Assembly (NCBI GenBank): GCA_001642005.1
Contig: LWCA01000045.1
Location: 4,422-68,421 of the forward strand
Direction of reading: 5' to 3'
Length of the DNA: 64,000 nucleotides
Source: Intoshia linei
Lineage: Eukaryota; Animalia; Orthonectida
Below are positions 39,901 to 53,249 of this stretch, piece after piece (positions within the stretch are counted from its first letter, which is position 1; each line of letters starts with the position of its first letter). A model generated the notes under the pieces. That model was not told where the DNA came from. It saw only the letters and a list, made by a program, of their open reading frames with translations, and did no database searches. A program made the position numbers and the translations under genes.

Positions 39901-40741
39901 ATTTACTTATATAATATGCTACGCAATATTTATTTCCCGTTTATTTCAATAACTACCAGTCTTAGAATTATATAAAGTCCACATTTCAATTAAAGTTTTT
40001 CAAACTCACATCTTACGGGTCAAAAAGGCCAATTGTCCTATTTTTGTTGAAATCACAAACGAGTTGGAGAATTTAAAAAACATACACTGATATGGATTTT
40101 AAAATCATAAATATAAAATTAAAAAAATATATCTCCAGGTCTAAGACCACATATTACCATTTTTTTTAATGAAAACAGCCCTAGAATTAAAAAAAATTAC
40201 AGGTGGTACAGTTGTATCCTGTTAACACACACCAAAAATTTCAATCTGAATAAGTGACGCTTTCACGGACTTCAAAAAAGCATTTTAGTTTTCATACATT
40301 TTTTTTCCGAAATATTTTATTAAAATAAATTGACCAGAAATATAACTATTGATACATAATTAATATTTTTAAGTATTTATTAAATGGGTACTGAATATAT
40401 ATCATCACATTGAAAATGACAAAATAGGTTTTTATAATTTTATTTTTTTTGAAATTTATGCTATTTATGACAATTTTTAGAATTGGACTGTTTTTACTTT
40501 ATTTTTAAATGTTAACAAACAAAAAATTAATATAGAATAATTCACTTTAAAGTAAAAAGTCATGTGTTATGACGGTTCCACCTGAAACAAGTTTGGGAAC
40601 CACTCCTTAAAGGATTGATAATAGTGAATAGTAAGATTTTTAAGTTAGATTTTCAACTTGAATTTATTTTTTAAGTAAAATAAAAATGTGCCCTCGGCAG
40701 AGCTAGGTCTTGTTTGTACGTAGTACATAACAGTCACCTAG
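39901..40741 (+). mobile_element. Helitron copy between the CREB stop and MCM2 start
   Basis: TTACTTATATAATATGCTACGC...GTACGTAGTACATAACAGTCACCTAG|T. Confidence 0.85.
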
Positions 40742-40773
40742 TTTATTTATAAACATAAAAGTATATTTAATGT

Positions 40774-43700
40774 TTAATTGGTAATATTTTGTCGACGTTT
40801 TAGCCATTCGTTTTCTTGGAGTAAAGCTTTGTTTTGTTTTTGTAAATACAACAATTTGTCTTCTAAAGATCTAATATAAATTTTTTTTTTCAGTCTACAC
40901 ACTTTAGCAGCTTCCCTAAATTAAAAATACAATTTTATCTAAAAATTAACTAGCATAACGTACATTAAAATGACATACAGTCAGACCTCTCAATGTCGCC
41001 ATTTTGGTATTTCGATATTTATGGCGGTATTGACAGTTTTGATTTATTGAGAGTATAATGTAGCGAATATATCATAAATAAGATTACTATGTATTAATAA
41101 GCAGTCATATCGAAAAATAATAAAAACATAGTGGCGGTACTGAGATGCCTGATTGTATATTATACATCGTATAATGCAATGGTTTTCAACTAGGGGTCGC
41201 GAAATTTATCAGGGGGTCGTGAGAATTTGAAAATTTATGAATATATTTATTTATTTTTTTTATTTTAATATAATATTAAAAGTAATAATGTTACGTAAAT
41301 ATTTTTACATTCTGTATCACAATTTCAAATGTTCTTCTTCACTCAATATATAAACTATTCCGATAAAATACAGGATGAAGTAATAGATTTAATAAATGAA
41401 TCCACTGCACGTAATATTTTCTATGAAAAACCACCAAGTATTTTTTGGTGTGATATGATTGATTTATATCCAAATGTATTTACGATTGCTTTGAGATTGA
41501 TATTATCTTTTCCATCAACTTATCTATGTGAAGCAGGATTTTCTACGCTTGTTCATATAAAAATAAAGTCAATAAACAAATTGAATGTTAAGAATAATAT
41601 GAGGCTCGCCTTATCGCATACACTGTTCAGGATATCAATAATTGCAGCTAAAATGCAACCTCAAATTTCACAAAAATAAATAAATAAATTTCGTTATAAT
41701 ACATTGTACTGAACACAGTATAAAATATAAATAAAACTGAGTATCATTTTTTTAATATTTTTATTTATGTGAATTCATATAATATTTGGAGTATATAGAA
41801 AATTTTTGGGTCGCGAACACAAAAAGGTTGAAAACCACTGGTATAATGCATATTATACATACATATGCACCATGTACATTGTACATATGGGTAATTTTTG
41901 TTCACTTGCGACTGTTAACGTTATATTTTAAAAAGTGCTAGCACTAACAGGTAATAATTGTAATAAAGGATAAATTATAAAAAAATTAATAATATAACTA
42001 CGGTAACTAAAAATTGCTAGCTGAAATATCTAAAAATGGCTTTAAATTTAAATTAGAAAAAACCTTTGAACATAAATACTGTGGTTTGTACGATTTATCA
42101 ATATCATTTATTTTAGTATCGTTTAATATGAATCGATTTCGTTTTTTATTTAGTAAATGCACAAAATCAAAAATACCATCCATATGCAAAATGAATTTTT
42201 CTAATAAAAAAAAGTAAACACCCTAATATACATATTAAATTATTTTAAAATGTTAAATTAATAAATAGATTTAACTTCATTCAAGTTTAAAAAATATAGC
42301 TGTCAAATGATTTTTATTCAAGAATTTTCAGGCACCACCAAAAACCGGTTTGTAACCCCCTGGGTGCCCGCACCCCCGGTTAAGAATCCATGGATTAAAT
42401 TGACAAACCTATTTTTAAATTTACGTAATTCTACTCTTGATATAAATTTTGGAGTGTCTTTGTTTTTGGTTGATTCTATATTGCATTTTTCAGAATTGGC
42501 TTCTAAATAATCATGTTCCATTTTATTGTATAAATAAAAGTTTCAAATTTTTTTATTAAAAGTTAGATAAGTGTATTAGCTATTAAATTACGTAATGTTT
42601 ATATTGAACTGTGTACATTTTATATATAAAGTTACTTATATTTACATACAAAAAAAATACAAATAATTATCGATTTTCATAATTTTGCATATCTAGGACA
42701 GTGATGACAAAAATATGACACGCGTATAAGTAGTGACATGTACATGGATTCTGGCTGATACGCTTGACATGCCAGAAAGCTTATTTGAAATTTTTAATAT
42801 GTTGTGGAAAAATTAACTCAAAAGTGTGTAATAATAAAAATTTTCTATAAATTTTCTATTAGAAAAGTATACATACAGTGTACTTAAATTATTTATCATT
42901 TAAATGAGACACGCGACTAAAAAAGAAAACAGCAACAAAAAATTTTTGACACTCCAACTAAAAATTCTTGCCATCACTGATCACGATCTGAAATATTTTT
43001 TAATATAGGATCAGGAAAACTTTTATTTTATAATAAAATAAAATTAAATTAAATGTGAATCGGAGAATAAAATGTGGTGATATTCAATTAATACAGTTTA
43101 TCATAAATGGAAAATCCACAACGATATAGAAATATTCTGTGATGTACAGTGTACAATGTACATTAAGATGTCTCACAAAAAATGAAAAATTATATTTTTG
43201 AACATCCTTAAGTATAATAGTGATCAAGTATAAAAAAATCATATTTCCAAAATATTAATGAATTTCAACCAATATTGAAAATAGCCGACCATTTAAAGTT
43301 TTCTATATACAGTCAAACCTGTTCAATATGAATCCTGTTTAATATGAATACAGCTTAATTTGAACAAACTTAATAAATATTGATTTTTTTGTATAAAAAA
43401 ATTATGAAAAGTGATTTGTTTTATATGAATCTTTTCATTTTGTACACTGAACATGAGTTTATGTAAAATAAAACTATTTTCATTTCATTTTGAGCGTTAT
43501 TATATTTTATTGTCACATTTATACTGATTTTATGAAATATATTTATTTTTTTAATATGAACATTAAAAATAAAAATAACAAGCGAAAAAAAAAAGATTTA
43601 TCTCTGAATGACAAAAGAAAATAGTGTAAACAAATCAATATATCAAACAATAGCTTGGGTTGCGAAAGCCTGGATAAGTGTCAAAAGTAAAAATATAAGT

Positions 43701-46700
43701 AATTGCTTTGAAAAATCTTTTGAAAACACAAAGGTTAAATTTTTTACACGCCAAAATGAGTGTTATAAAGATATGTTTTGCATTGATTATAATCCTATTA
43801 ATGATGACCTATTACTTTTTTGAGTAATTTTATATTTTAAAAGTCATTTATTTTTAATATAACAGAATTTTTAGAGAGTAATCAAGATTTCAAAACAGTA
43901 GATAATCAGATACGAATCAAATGCGAGAAGAACCAATATTGACAAGTTTTGACGCATACAAACATGCAATGAAATTTGAAAAATTTTTTCAAAAAAATTT
44001 ACCAGACAAAATAGAAGACACCTAGCAAATAATTGATCGTATAACTTATGAAAAAAGTAAAAAAAAATTAAAAATGACTGATTTCATTACGTACAAATAA
44101 AGAATTTAGATAATTCAATGTAAGACAAAATGTAATTATATTGTAATTGTATATTAATAAATTATTAACTCCTATTAAATTTATATCATAAAATAAATTT
44201 CTAACATGTATTTTAAACAACAATTTTCCTCATAGATTATCATAACAACATAACCTTGTTCATATTAGTTTCTAATTTGAACGGCGTCGAAAACTGGTAC
44301 ACAGCTGTTCATATTGATCAGGTTTGACTGTACTATATATTACAAAATTAAAACTGAACTTTGTTTTAACGGAAATTGGTGTTTGAGCTTTTAAACGTGG
44401 TACCGATTTCATAATATTGTTCTCCATGTTTAGTTATACTGTTTATTTTTTAAAATTTGTTTCTAGCTCAATTTTTTTGGATTTTATTAACGATTAAAAT
44501 TTCTCGAATTCTGGCTATTTACATTATTTAAATTGTATTCAAACAAACAAATTTAGTATGTATACAGAAAAATTTAAATGGTCAGGCTAACTTCACCGTT
44601 AGGAGTTGGCCGAAAATATTTTACAATAGTTATTATTTTAGTAATACTATAATTTTAAGACCTAACGATATTTTTTCTAAATACCCATGAGACACCTTAG
44701 TATACATTGTACAGTGTAGATCATTATACAAATGTATATAAATGTATAATATACATTGTATATGTAAATATGATTATTGTTTATACTATCGTATGGAAAC
44801 ATTTCAATTAACCGTTTACTGTCCGCACATAGAAATGACACGATTCTAATATAAATTTGAGTAGAATATACGATGAATTTTGCTAAATAACAATAATAAC
44901 CTTCGAAAAAAAAAATTAGTTCATTAATACGTGCTAATTACGAGTGTTCCATTAATGGAACATTGGTTACTAAAAACAAAATTATACTATTTAATATGAT
45001 AAATCTTACAAAATTTTAAGTGCATATTTTTGTGACATTTTTCACATAATTTGTATGTATTCTTATGACACACTGCACATCGCGCCTGTTTCGCTTGACT
45101 AATAAAGTAATGATTTAATCTATGATAAAGATTTTATAATTATCAATATTATTATATATTTAAATTTCAAAATCTAATATCTTCACGGCCAAAACCACAT
45201 ATTACTCTTCTTTCTTTTTTTTAATAAAAAAGTCCTAGAATTTTATACTCCACACATTGCGCTATAGGTTTTAATATCATAAATATTGTAATAAATTGCA
45301 AACCCAAAAAAGTTCATTATCACGATCAAAACAACGAGATTACCTTTTTTAAAAAATGAAAAGTCATAGAATTTAAAAAAAATGCAGTTGATACACTCAT
45401 ATCCAGTTAAAGCACATAAAAAATTTTCAATTTGACAAAGACTAAAAAAATGACGCCTTCACAATTTAAAAAGAGATCTTTAGTACTCAATTTTTTTAAT
45501 TTTTAAAAAAATTATCAAATCTATCCATGAACGAACATAAACGGTTTAACCCTTCAATTTAATTTTAATTGATTATTAAGAATACCATCTTGTGAAACAT
45601 TAGATTCTTTATCTTGAGTATCTTCGTTTGATTTCTCGTAACTTGGGAATATTGGTACTTCAGGTTTTACTACATTGCATTGTATGTGATATATATTAAA
45701 AGTACATTGCACATTTGTACAAATTCAATAGACTAATTAATGTGGTATAATTCGCTTGTACCAATAACAGTTTTATAAATTAGATTAAATTAAGAATGGA
45801 ATTATCTAATGTATAGTGTTTCTTAAACAAAGTTCGCGCAATGTTTAGTACTACAATCAAAACTTTTAATGTCAAAGCGGTTAATTTATAATTGCAATTG
45901 TATATGCAATTGGGCGTGCAATTATCACTAATAGCACATGATAAATACGAATAGAAAAGTTGTAAAATTAAATAATACTAAGATATTAAAATTGCATCAT
46001 TTTACAAATATATAAATAAATGCAATAATTGCGTTGCAATTTGCAAACTACATTATATATATCAATTATGTTGGTTTGTTATATTTTTAAATTTGGATGG
46101 TATCTATATAAATAATAATGTATCAATTAATCTTAATTCTACATGCTATAAAATCAAAAAATATCACATGTATATTAGAGTGGTTCATTTTAGTGTTTTT
46201 TTTTAATTTTAAAAACTATTTTTGCATACCATCCCCATTTTGAATAAGTAGGAGTATACCACAAAAAAATTTTCAAAATTATAAAAATTTGCCATGCCCC
46301 GATCAGGGTAAAATGTATTTTTTTCATAATCTGATTTTTTTGTTTTCGAATATATTTTTCTATGATCTTCTATGACAACCTGTATCAGGTTATCCTAACT
46401 TATATAATATGCTACGCAATTTTTGTTTGTGTGTGTGTTCAACATTATTTAAATAACTACCCGTCTTAGAATTTTTTAAAGACCACATTTCAATTACAGT
46501 TTTTTCCGGGACGTATAATAAGATAAATTTCAATCCTCCAATTTTAGATCTTACGGGTCAAAAAATAAACCCTAGTTGTCCCTCTTTTTGAAGATCAAAT
46601 CAAACGAGTTGGAGAATTTAAAAAAATATATACACTGATGCAGATTTTAAAATCATACACATTATCATAAATTTAAATTTAACAAATTATATCCTTATGG

Positions 46701-49700
46701 CCAAAACCCCAAATTACTCTTCTTTTTTTAATGAAAACAGCCCTAGAATTTCAAAAATTTACAGGTGGTACAGTTGTATCCTGTTAACACACACAGATTA
46801 TTTCAATCCGAATCAGTGACGACTTCACGGTCAAAAAAGCATTTTAGTATTCATATATTTTTTTTCCGAAATATTTTATTAACAAAAAACAAAAAATGTG
46901 AAATAATTAACGGTCCGAAAATTAAAAAAAAGATTAATCTGATAGAGCTTATTCCAGTTGATATAAATACAAAATTTGAACCCCAGAAATCTACGCATTC
47001 CCGGTGAAAAATAATTTTTAATATATTATCAACCAATATTTTTCAAATATTTCGATTAAAATCAAAAATTGAAAATGTAAATATTGATCCTACAATTTCA
47101 AAAAAAATGGCATTGTACGTCTACGCATTTCCAATAAAGAAAGATGGATGAAAATCTATATAATTCATTCCTTCGGAATTGTTTTCATTGCTACGCGATT
47201 TTTAAATTTCAAATTTTCATTTTCAAAACATTTTTATTACAACATTTAAATTTAAATAAGAAACTAAACAACGAAACTAAAAAAACTTTCTTAATATCAT
47301 TTTTATATTACAATTCGTTGCAATAATGGTAAAATTCGACTGAAATGTTTATAAAGTGAAGATTCAGTTAATTATTGATACACAATTAGTATTTTTAAGT
47401 ATTTATTAAATTGGTACTGAATATATATCATCACATTGAAAATGACAAAATAGATTTTTATAATTTTATATTTTTGAAATTTATGCTATTTATCACAATT
47501 TTTAGGATTGGACTGTTTTTACTTTATTTTTAATATTATACACACATTTTGTCTAATAAAATTGGACTGTTTTTACTTTATTTTTAATATTATACACACA
47601 TTCTGTCTAATAAAAGTAAAAAAATGGGATAAAAATTATTTTTAAAATTCTTTACGCAAATGTTAACAAAAAAATTAAGATGGAATAGTTCACTTTAAAG
47701 TAAAAAGTAATGTGATATGATGATTCCACCTGAAACAAATTTGGGAACCACTCCTTTTAAGGATTGATAATATTTATTGATATAATTTTTAAGTTAGATT
47801 TTCAACATGAATTTATTCTTTTGGTATAATAAAATTGTGCCCTCGGCAGAGCTAGGTGATGTTTGTACTTAGTAAATAACAGTCAAATTAGTAATATATA
47901 TTTATTTTTAAAACACTAGTTATCCATGATTACGTTATTCTTATACAGTCAAGACTCTATAAAATGAACCCTCTATAACGTGAACTTCTCCAATAATGAA
48001 TAACAAAAAAAATTTTTTATAGTTTACTATAAAAAAAGTAAATGAATCGTGAACATTAAACTACATGAACGATGAACATGATTTATCCAAATTAAAGTGA
48101 AGTTCTTATTGTTATTCACAATTATTGTATACAAAACGTGCTTTTCGAAAATTTTTTATTTGTGCAACATGAACAAAGAAAATATTTAACTGCATCTACA
48201 AAGAAAGAACTAATTCGTTTGTTTAATGAAGACAAAGGTAGTACACAACGTTTTCTTGCTTCAAAACACAATGTATACAATAACCATTGAAAAAAAATAA
48301 TACATATGAAGAAAATCAAATAATGTCTGAACTTAAAGACCCAGAAATCTTACCTGTTACCCATTATGAAGCTAATTATCACACTAAAAAATTAGGAACA
48401 TTTTTTATGATTTATAACCCAGAAAAATTATCCAGTGTATGGACTTTAATGCAAGAAATAAAGTTTGAAAAATTGGCAAGATCATTAAAAATAACTGATT
48501 ACTTTGGTTCTATTAAAGAAAGAAAAAATAAATTGATATAATTATTATAATAATGTTTATTATTTAGTTTTCTTTGTAAAATGTAAAATTAATAAATAAG
48601 TTATATATTTTTTTGTGAATTGTTATATCAACTTTAATTTTACGGTTACTATGTCAATAAATTTTTTGTTCACCATTTCTATGATCATCAACACTTAAAT
48701 ATTCGAGTTCCAAATGTTCACTTAGTAGAAGGTTGACTGTAATAATAATAAATGTAAAATTATACCGAAAAAATAGTTTTTTATCCAAAATAGAATTTCT
48801 TAACATACATGTATAATCAAATAAAATTAAAGTGGTTTTTAAATGATATTATTGATATAACTACAAGTCAGAATTATTTCCAATTTTCAGAATGTCCATT
48901 CCTCATATACTCTTACATAAAAAAATAAAAGTTCCCCAAAACTTTTTAAAAAGTCTTAAAATTTGGTACCGTTATCAAATGTATTCTCTACTTACAATGT
49001 AATTTTGTAGACTCTACAAAATTAATTAAAAGATAATGTAAAATATCGTTTTATATAAAATTGTAAGGGATAATTTTGCACGCGAAAAAATTTAGTTGAA
49101 ATAAGGAGACCGTGAAATTTAAATAAGAACCACTGATATATGTATTTATACTAAATTGATATTTCTAGCAATGTAAAATTTAATTTTATAAATTTTCAAA
49201 AATATCGACCAGCAAAAAAAATTTGAAAAATTAAACATTGATCTAGGAACAAAAAAGAAAAATGTAGTCATAATTTTTGTTACTTTTATTGTCAATTACG
49301 TATAAGGTAAAATTAATATTTCGTATTAAAAAAATTTTTGGATCTCTGCCCATATTTACATACAAACTTAAAATTATTAAATATAGCTATTAAGAAATAT
49401 ATACATATATATATATATTTCTTTATTGGAGATTGTGAATACTAAATAAATACATGTGAATGTTTATAATAAATTATAATAGTTATTCAAATAAGTGGGT
49501 AGAGAAAAGCTATTTTTAGATTTTTTTAATATCGCTCAATAAAATAAATGTTAATTATAAGTTACTGAAATTTAAAAAAATTTACATTTAATATTTTTTA
49601 TTTATAAATTTATCTGATTTTTGAAAATATTGAAATATTTTGGTTTGCTTTTTTTATTTGAGATAATCTGGTAAATAAATAAGAAAACATATTTTAAGAA

Positions 49701-50856
49701 TAAAATTTTAGTTAACGGAATTTTTGGTTTGTCAAAATATTGAAATTCCGTTAAATAGGACTTAGACTGTAAAATCACTAATCGTAATATTTAAATTTAA
49801 ATTGAATATTAATTAAGGTGCAGCTACAATGTAGCTGCTACATGCGCCTTACTGATACCCATCTGATAACAATAGAATGTAAAAAATTTAATTTAATACA
49901 TACACAGAATACATACTTTTATGTAGAACAGAGAATGTAAATTAAAATGATTGCGACGAACGTAGAGCTAATCAATATGAAAAAAATTAGATATAATGTA
50001 AATACATTAATTAATATTTGCATTACATGTATTTAAACATTTTTTAATTTCGAAATAAAATATTCTCATACCTTTATTTTCAAAATATTCCAATACAGAG
50101 ATTTTCTGTGAAAGTATTAGTCCTTTTTAAACTGTAATTATTAGGTTTAATCAAAGATTCTCAACCTTTTTAACCATTGCCACCAGATTAAAAAAATTGA
50201 AATCTCATTTTGGGCATTATGAAAATTTACGATATAGTGAAGGTCCCATTTAACAGAATTTTTCCAATTCAGACAGTTTTTTTTTTAACGTTGACTTTAC
50301 AATAATAAAAAATTTGGAAGATGATTTGTATTAATTAAAAATGACACTTAACATTAATTAACGGTCAAGTCGATTTTACAAAGCTTGTTTGCAAACACTA
50401 TCCCGTTTAATAAGTACTACAGAATAGTTTAAAAATAGACTTTTCTGTTTTTAATTAAAATTGTATACCTAGCAAGTAAAAAAATATAAAACTCTAAACA
50501 CGACAATAAACATAAAATATACCTGACGGTATAGTGGTAAATTTAATTTTTCCATTATTGAATGTATCAAATTTGTTTGAATCCAAATCCATATTCATCC
50601 CATTACCTAATATACAATCCGTTTCAGCAGTAAGATCATTAAGTATTTTTCTAATAAGGTTAAGATAATAAATTACTAAAATGAACTACAAATACGAAGG
50701 TCTACCTATAAAATAATAAATAATTAAAATTGGAAACGTACGATGAATTGGAACATGAAAATTATTGAGTCTATTACTCTCGATGTCAATATTTAATACG
50801 TTATTAGACATGTCAATTATTCGTTCGTTTTGCGCAAAATAATCGATACGAGACAT
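40774..50856 (-). CDS. CREB1: CREB-family bZIP transcription factor; exons 50856-50742, 50705-50690, 50650-50523, 45669-45586, 42502-42409, 40915-40774; 192 aa
   Basis: KID motif HRRPSYLKILNDL and bZIP RKFKNR|EAAKVCRLKKKIYIRSLEDKLLYLQKQNKALLQEN; all junctions GT-AG and phase-compatible; exon 4 inferred from phase only. Confidence 0.9.
40978..41155. mobile_element. pogo-type MITE
   Basis: TA|CAGTCAGACCTCTCAATGTCGCC...GGCGGTACTGAGATGCCTGATTG|TA. Confidence 0.7.
41177..41840 (+). mobile_element. Non-autonomous Buster-type hAT retaining the C-terminal dimerisation ORF (41329-41679)
   Basis: CAATGGTTTTCAAC / GTTGAAAACCACTG; TSD GTATAATG; FW..YP..ALRLILSFPSTYLCEAGFS. Confidence 0.9.
43163..44700. 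mobile_element. Tc1/mariner-like MITE hosting a Tigger derivative
   Basis: Ends TTAAGATGTCTCA / TGAGACACCTTAG|TA. Confidence 0.55.
43310..44330 (+). mobile_element. Tigger/pogo internal-deletion derivative
   Basis: TIR CAGTCAAACCTGTTCAATATGAA with TA TSD; 43610-44025 closely matches 63600-64000. Confidence 0.9.
46393..47891 (+). mobile_element. Longest Helitron copy (~1.5 kb), in CREB intron
   Basis: A|TC start, all internal blocks, degenerate hairpin and TTAG|T end. Confidence 0.88.
47946..48739 (+). mobile_element. pogo/Tigger non-autonomous element with CENP-B-type HTH remnant
   Basis: TA|CAGTCAAGACTCTA...TAGAAGGTTGACTG|TA; MNKRKYLTASTKKELIRLF..STQRFLASKH. Confidence 0.8.
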
Positions 50857-50982
50857 TATTCAAAATTCATATACTTTTGTTTGTACAGGTGAATTAAATT
50901 AAAATGTATAAACAGGATTTTAGCTTATTTAAATCGAACTGGAGATAATTTTATTTAAAACATACATAGTACATAAGTAATA

Positions 50983-51914
50983 TTAAAAATGACAACGTAT
51001 TATCATGGGTTTACCTATAAATAAATGAAAAATAAAAAATGGAAAAAACCATCTAGTCTAACCGCGCCATATTTTTCTATTGCTGTTTTGGCGTCTTTTT
51101 CATTGACAAAAACAACTGTGCCAATGGAAATATTTGTATCCAATTTCGTTCTTTTTAAAGCTCCAATATTTGAAAATAGCTCCTAAAAAATTTTTTAACT
51201 GAAATAATTAAACTTGCATTTAAATCAGCCAATGAGACCGATGGAGCGAGATTTCCAATTGTAATTTTGAATCCTTCGATAGGACTTCTGACATTCTATT
51301 AAATTAATTGTTAATTTTTTCAAAATTATAAAGTACAGTCAACGACTCCTGTATCTTATTGGTATCGGATTTCTAAAAAAAATTGCAAATGCTAAATAAT
51401 ATTACTTGGCTTTGAAAAGAAAATTTAATGGATTTCTAAAAATAAATTCAAAATACGATCAAAAAAATAAACAATATCATCATTCGAGTAAGGTTTTGAT
51501 TTAGTTTTGCGTTTGAGAGGAACATAGTCAAATTCCTATATATAATTAACAATTATTTATATTAAAATAAACATCCATAATATTATTCAGCTCTGTTGGA
51601 TAAGTATTTTTAGAAGTGGGTTGAGCTTCATTCTTTACGTATTGTTTACTGAAATGTTGAGTATATAGCTTTGGAGTACTGTTAAATGGTGCATGCAGTT
51701 TTGAATTTCGGTTATTATCAGTAGTTGGTGCACTTCTTCTTGTTTTCAGAGACAAAAAACCATTTTCAGTCATTTTTTGTATTCGAAAATTGGATGTATT
51801 CTTTCTGATTAATGATTGTCGATTCAATCCCAAAGTTGTTGCTTTGATTCCACTCGCTTTTCCGTTTCGGCTTGTGTTTACTGGCTTTTTTATTCGATCC
51901 CGCAAATCAAACAT
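50983..51914 (-). CDS. POLDIP3: POLDIP3/SKAR-like RRM protein
   Basis: N-terminal FDLRDRI; RRM SPIEGFKITIGNLAPSVSLADLN|ELFSNIGALKR..VVF..DAKTAIEKYGAVRLD|GKPMIIRCHF*; middle exons not fully resolved. Confidence 0.8.
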
Positions 51915-51932
51915 GTCGAAATATTATATATT

Positions 51933-52560
51933 TTAATTTGAATTGATGTTTATATGACAGTATTGCGTTGCCAATCTGGTTACCAGATTTTGGTATATAT
52001 AGTTGCCTATGAAAAGAATACTCATCAAATAAACATCCATTGTTGTTAAACACTGACAGTGTTTAACACATCTGATTTGGTAATATTTTCTCGACAACCA
52101 ATACTGACAGTGATTTACTGTCAATAGTTCACGATATTTTAGATCTAAAGTTATAATTTATTTTATATGTTGAGAACTGTTCAATGAGAAGTACATTATC
52201 CATTGTATATACTTTTTTAGTCTTACAATTCAATTTCAACGTGTTTTGAATCTGGGTTAAAAGCGTAGTTGTATAAACACAATGACACATACATACAATG
52301 TAAATAGTGGTTTCTGGTAGCATGTTTTGGTTTTGTAATGTGAATGTGAAATTCCTAAATATTTTACTTTATTATATTCACATTGAACGAAATATTTTAT
52401 GATGAAAACACCAAATATCCAGACCCTTGGAATTGAACAACAACCATTAATACAAATTATGTAAAATAAATGAACAAAAGTTGTAATTGGCACCTCGACA
52501 GCATTGTCCATGACATTCTATAAACGGTTTAACTAAAACTTTTTTTACAGGTTCCATAAT
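51933..52560 (-). CDS. Possible unidentified multi-exon gene directly upstream of POLDIP3
   Basis: Overlapping minus-strand ORFs with coding-like composition; no consistent splice model or family found. Confidence 0.3.
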
Positions 52561-53249
52561 AAAAAAAATTATAATATAAATAATTTTCAAATCAAAGTGT
52601 TTTTTCAGCCTATAGCAGTTTACCCTTGACGTATTCATACGTTTTAATTTTAGCATAACATTACATAAACATTTTTTAATTTATTTTTTTGACAACAACA
52701 CTGTTTACAATCTTTTTTCTTTTTCCTTCTTTTTTTGGAGAATTTCTAAAATAAAATAAATATATTTCAGGTAACTGTTGGTGTGATTTTCTAATTTGTA
52801 AAAGAAATAGATCAATGTTTCACAATATAAGCGATATCGAAAACTCATCGTAAAAATTTTTTTCATCAAAACTTGTGATATTTATTTACTGAACAATACA
52901 AAAAAAGGATTTGGAAATACTAGAGTAGTTGAAACAATTTTTAAATTATATACATGTAGTTCATGAACAGTGTTCATTAGGACTATTCCATTTTTCTAAT
53001 ATAAAAATGATTTATATATAGCAGAATGTTTAATAAATATATATATATTATATATAAACAGAAAAGGATTTTTCTACAAACATTGAATGCCTAATATGCA
53101 AAAGGAGTAAAGCCACCAAGAGTACGTTTAAAGACAAACATTACAATGTACCGAAAACGTCTAGAGTCGGTGAAATTGTCAGTTCCTATGGTATATATGT
53201 GTATATATATGTATATAGTGTATATATGTGTGTATATGTATATATCCAT

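Noticed and set aside
46765-47326. Recurring small ORFs (also 12494, 25415, 29869, 8794) that look like a gene family
   Set aside because: All lie within Helitron copies and their frames are not conserved between copies
52650-52745. Lys-rich exon as the TTC14-like C-terminus
   Set aside because: Phase is ambiguous and the preceding exon can end at its own TAA (57931)
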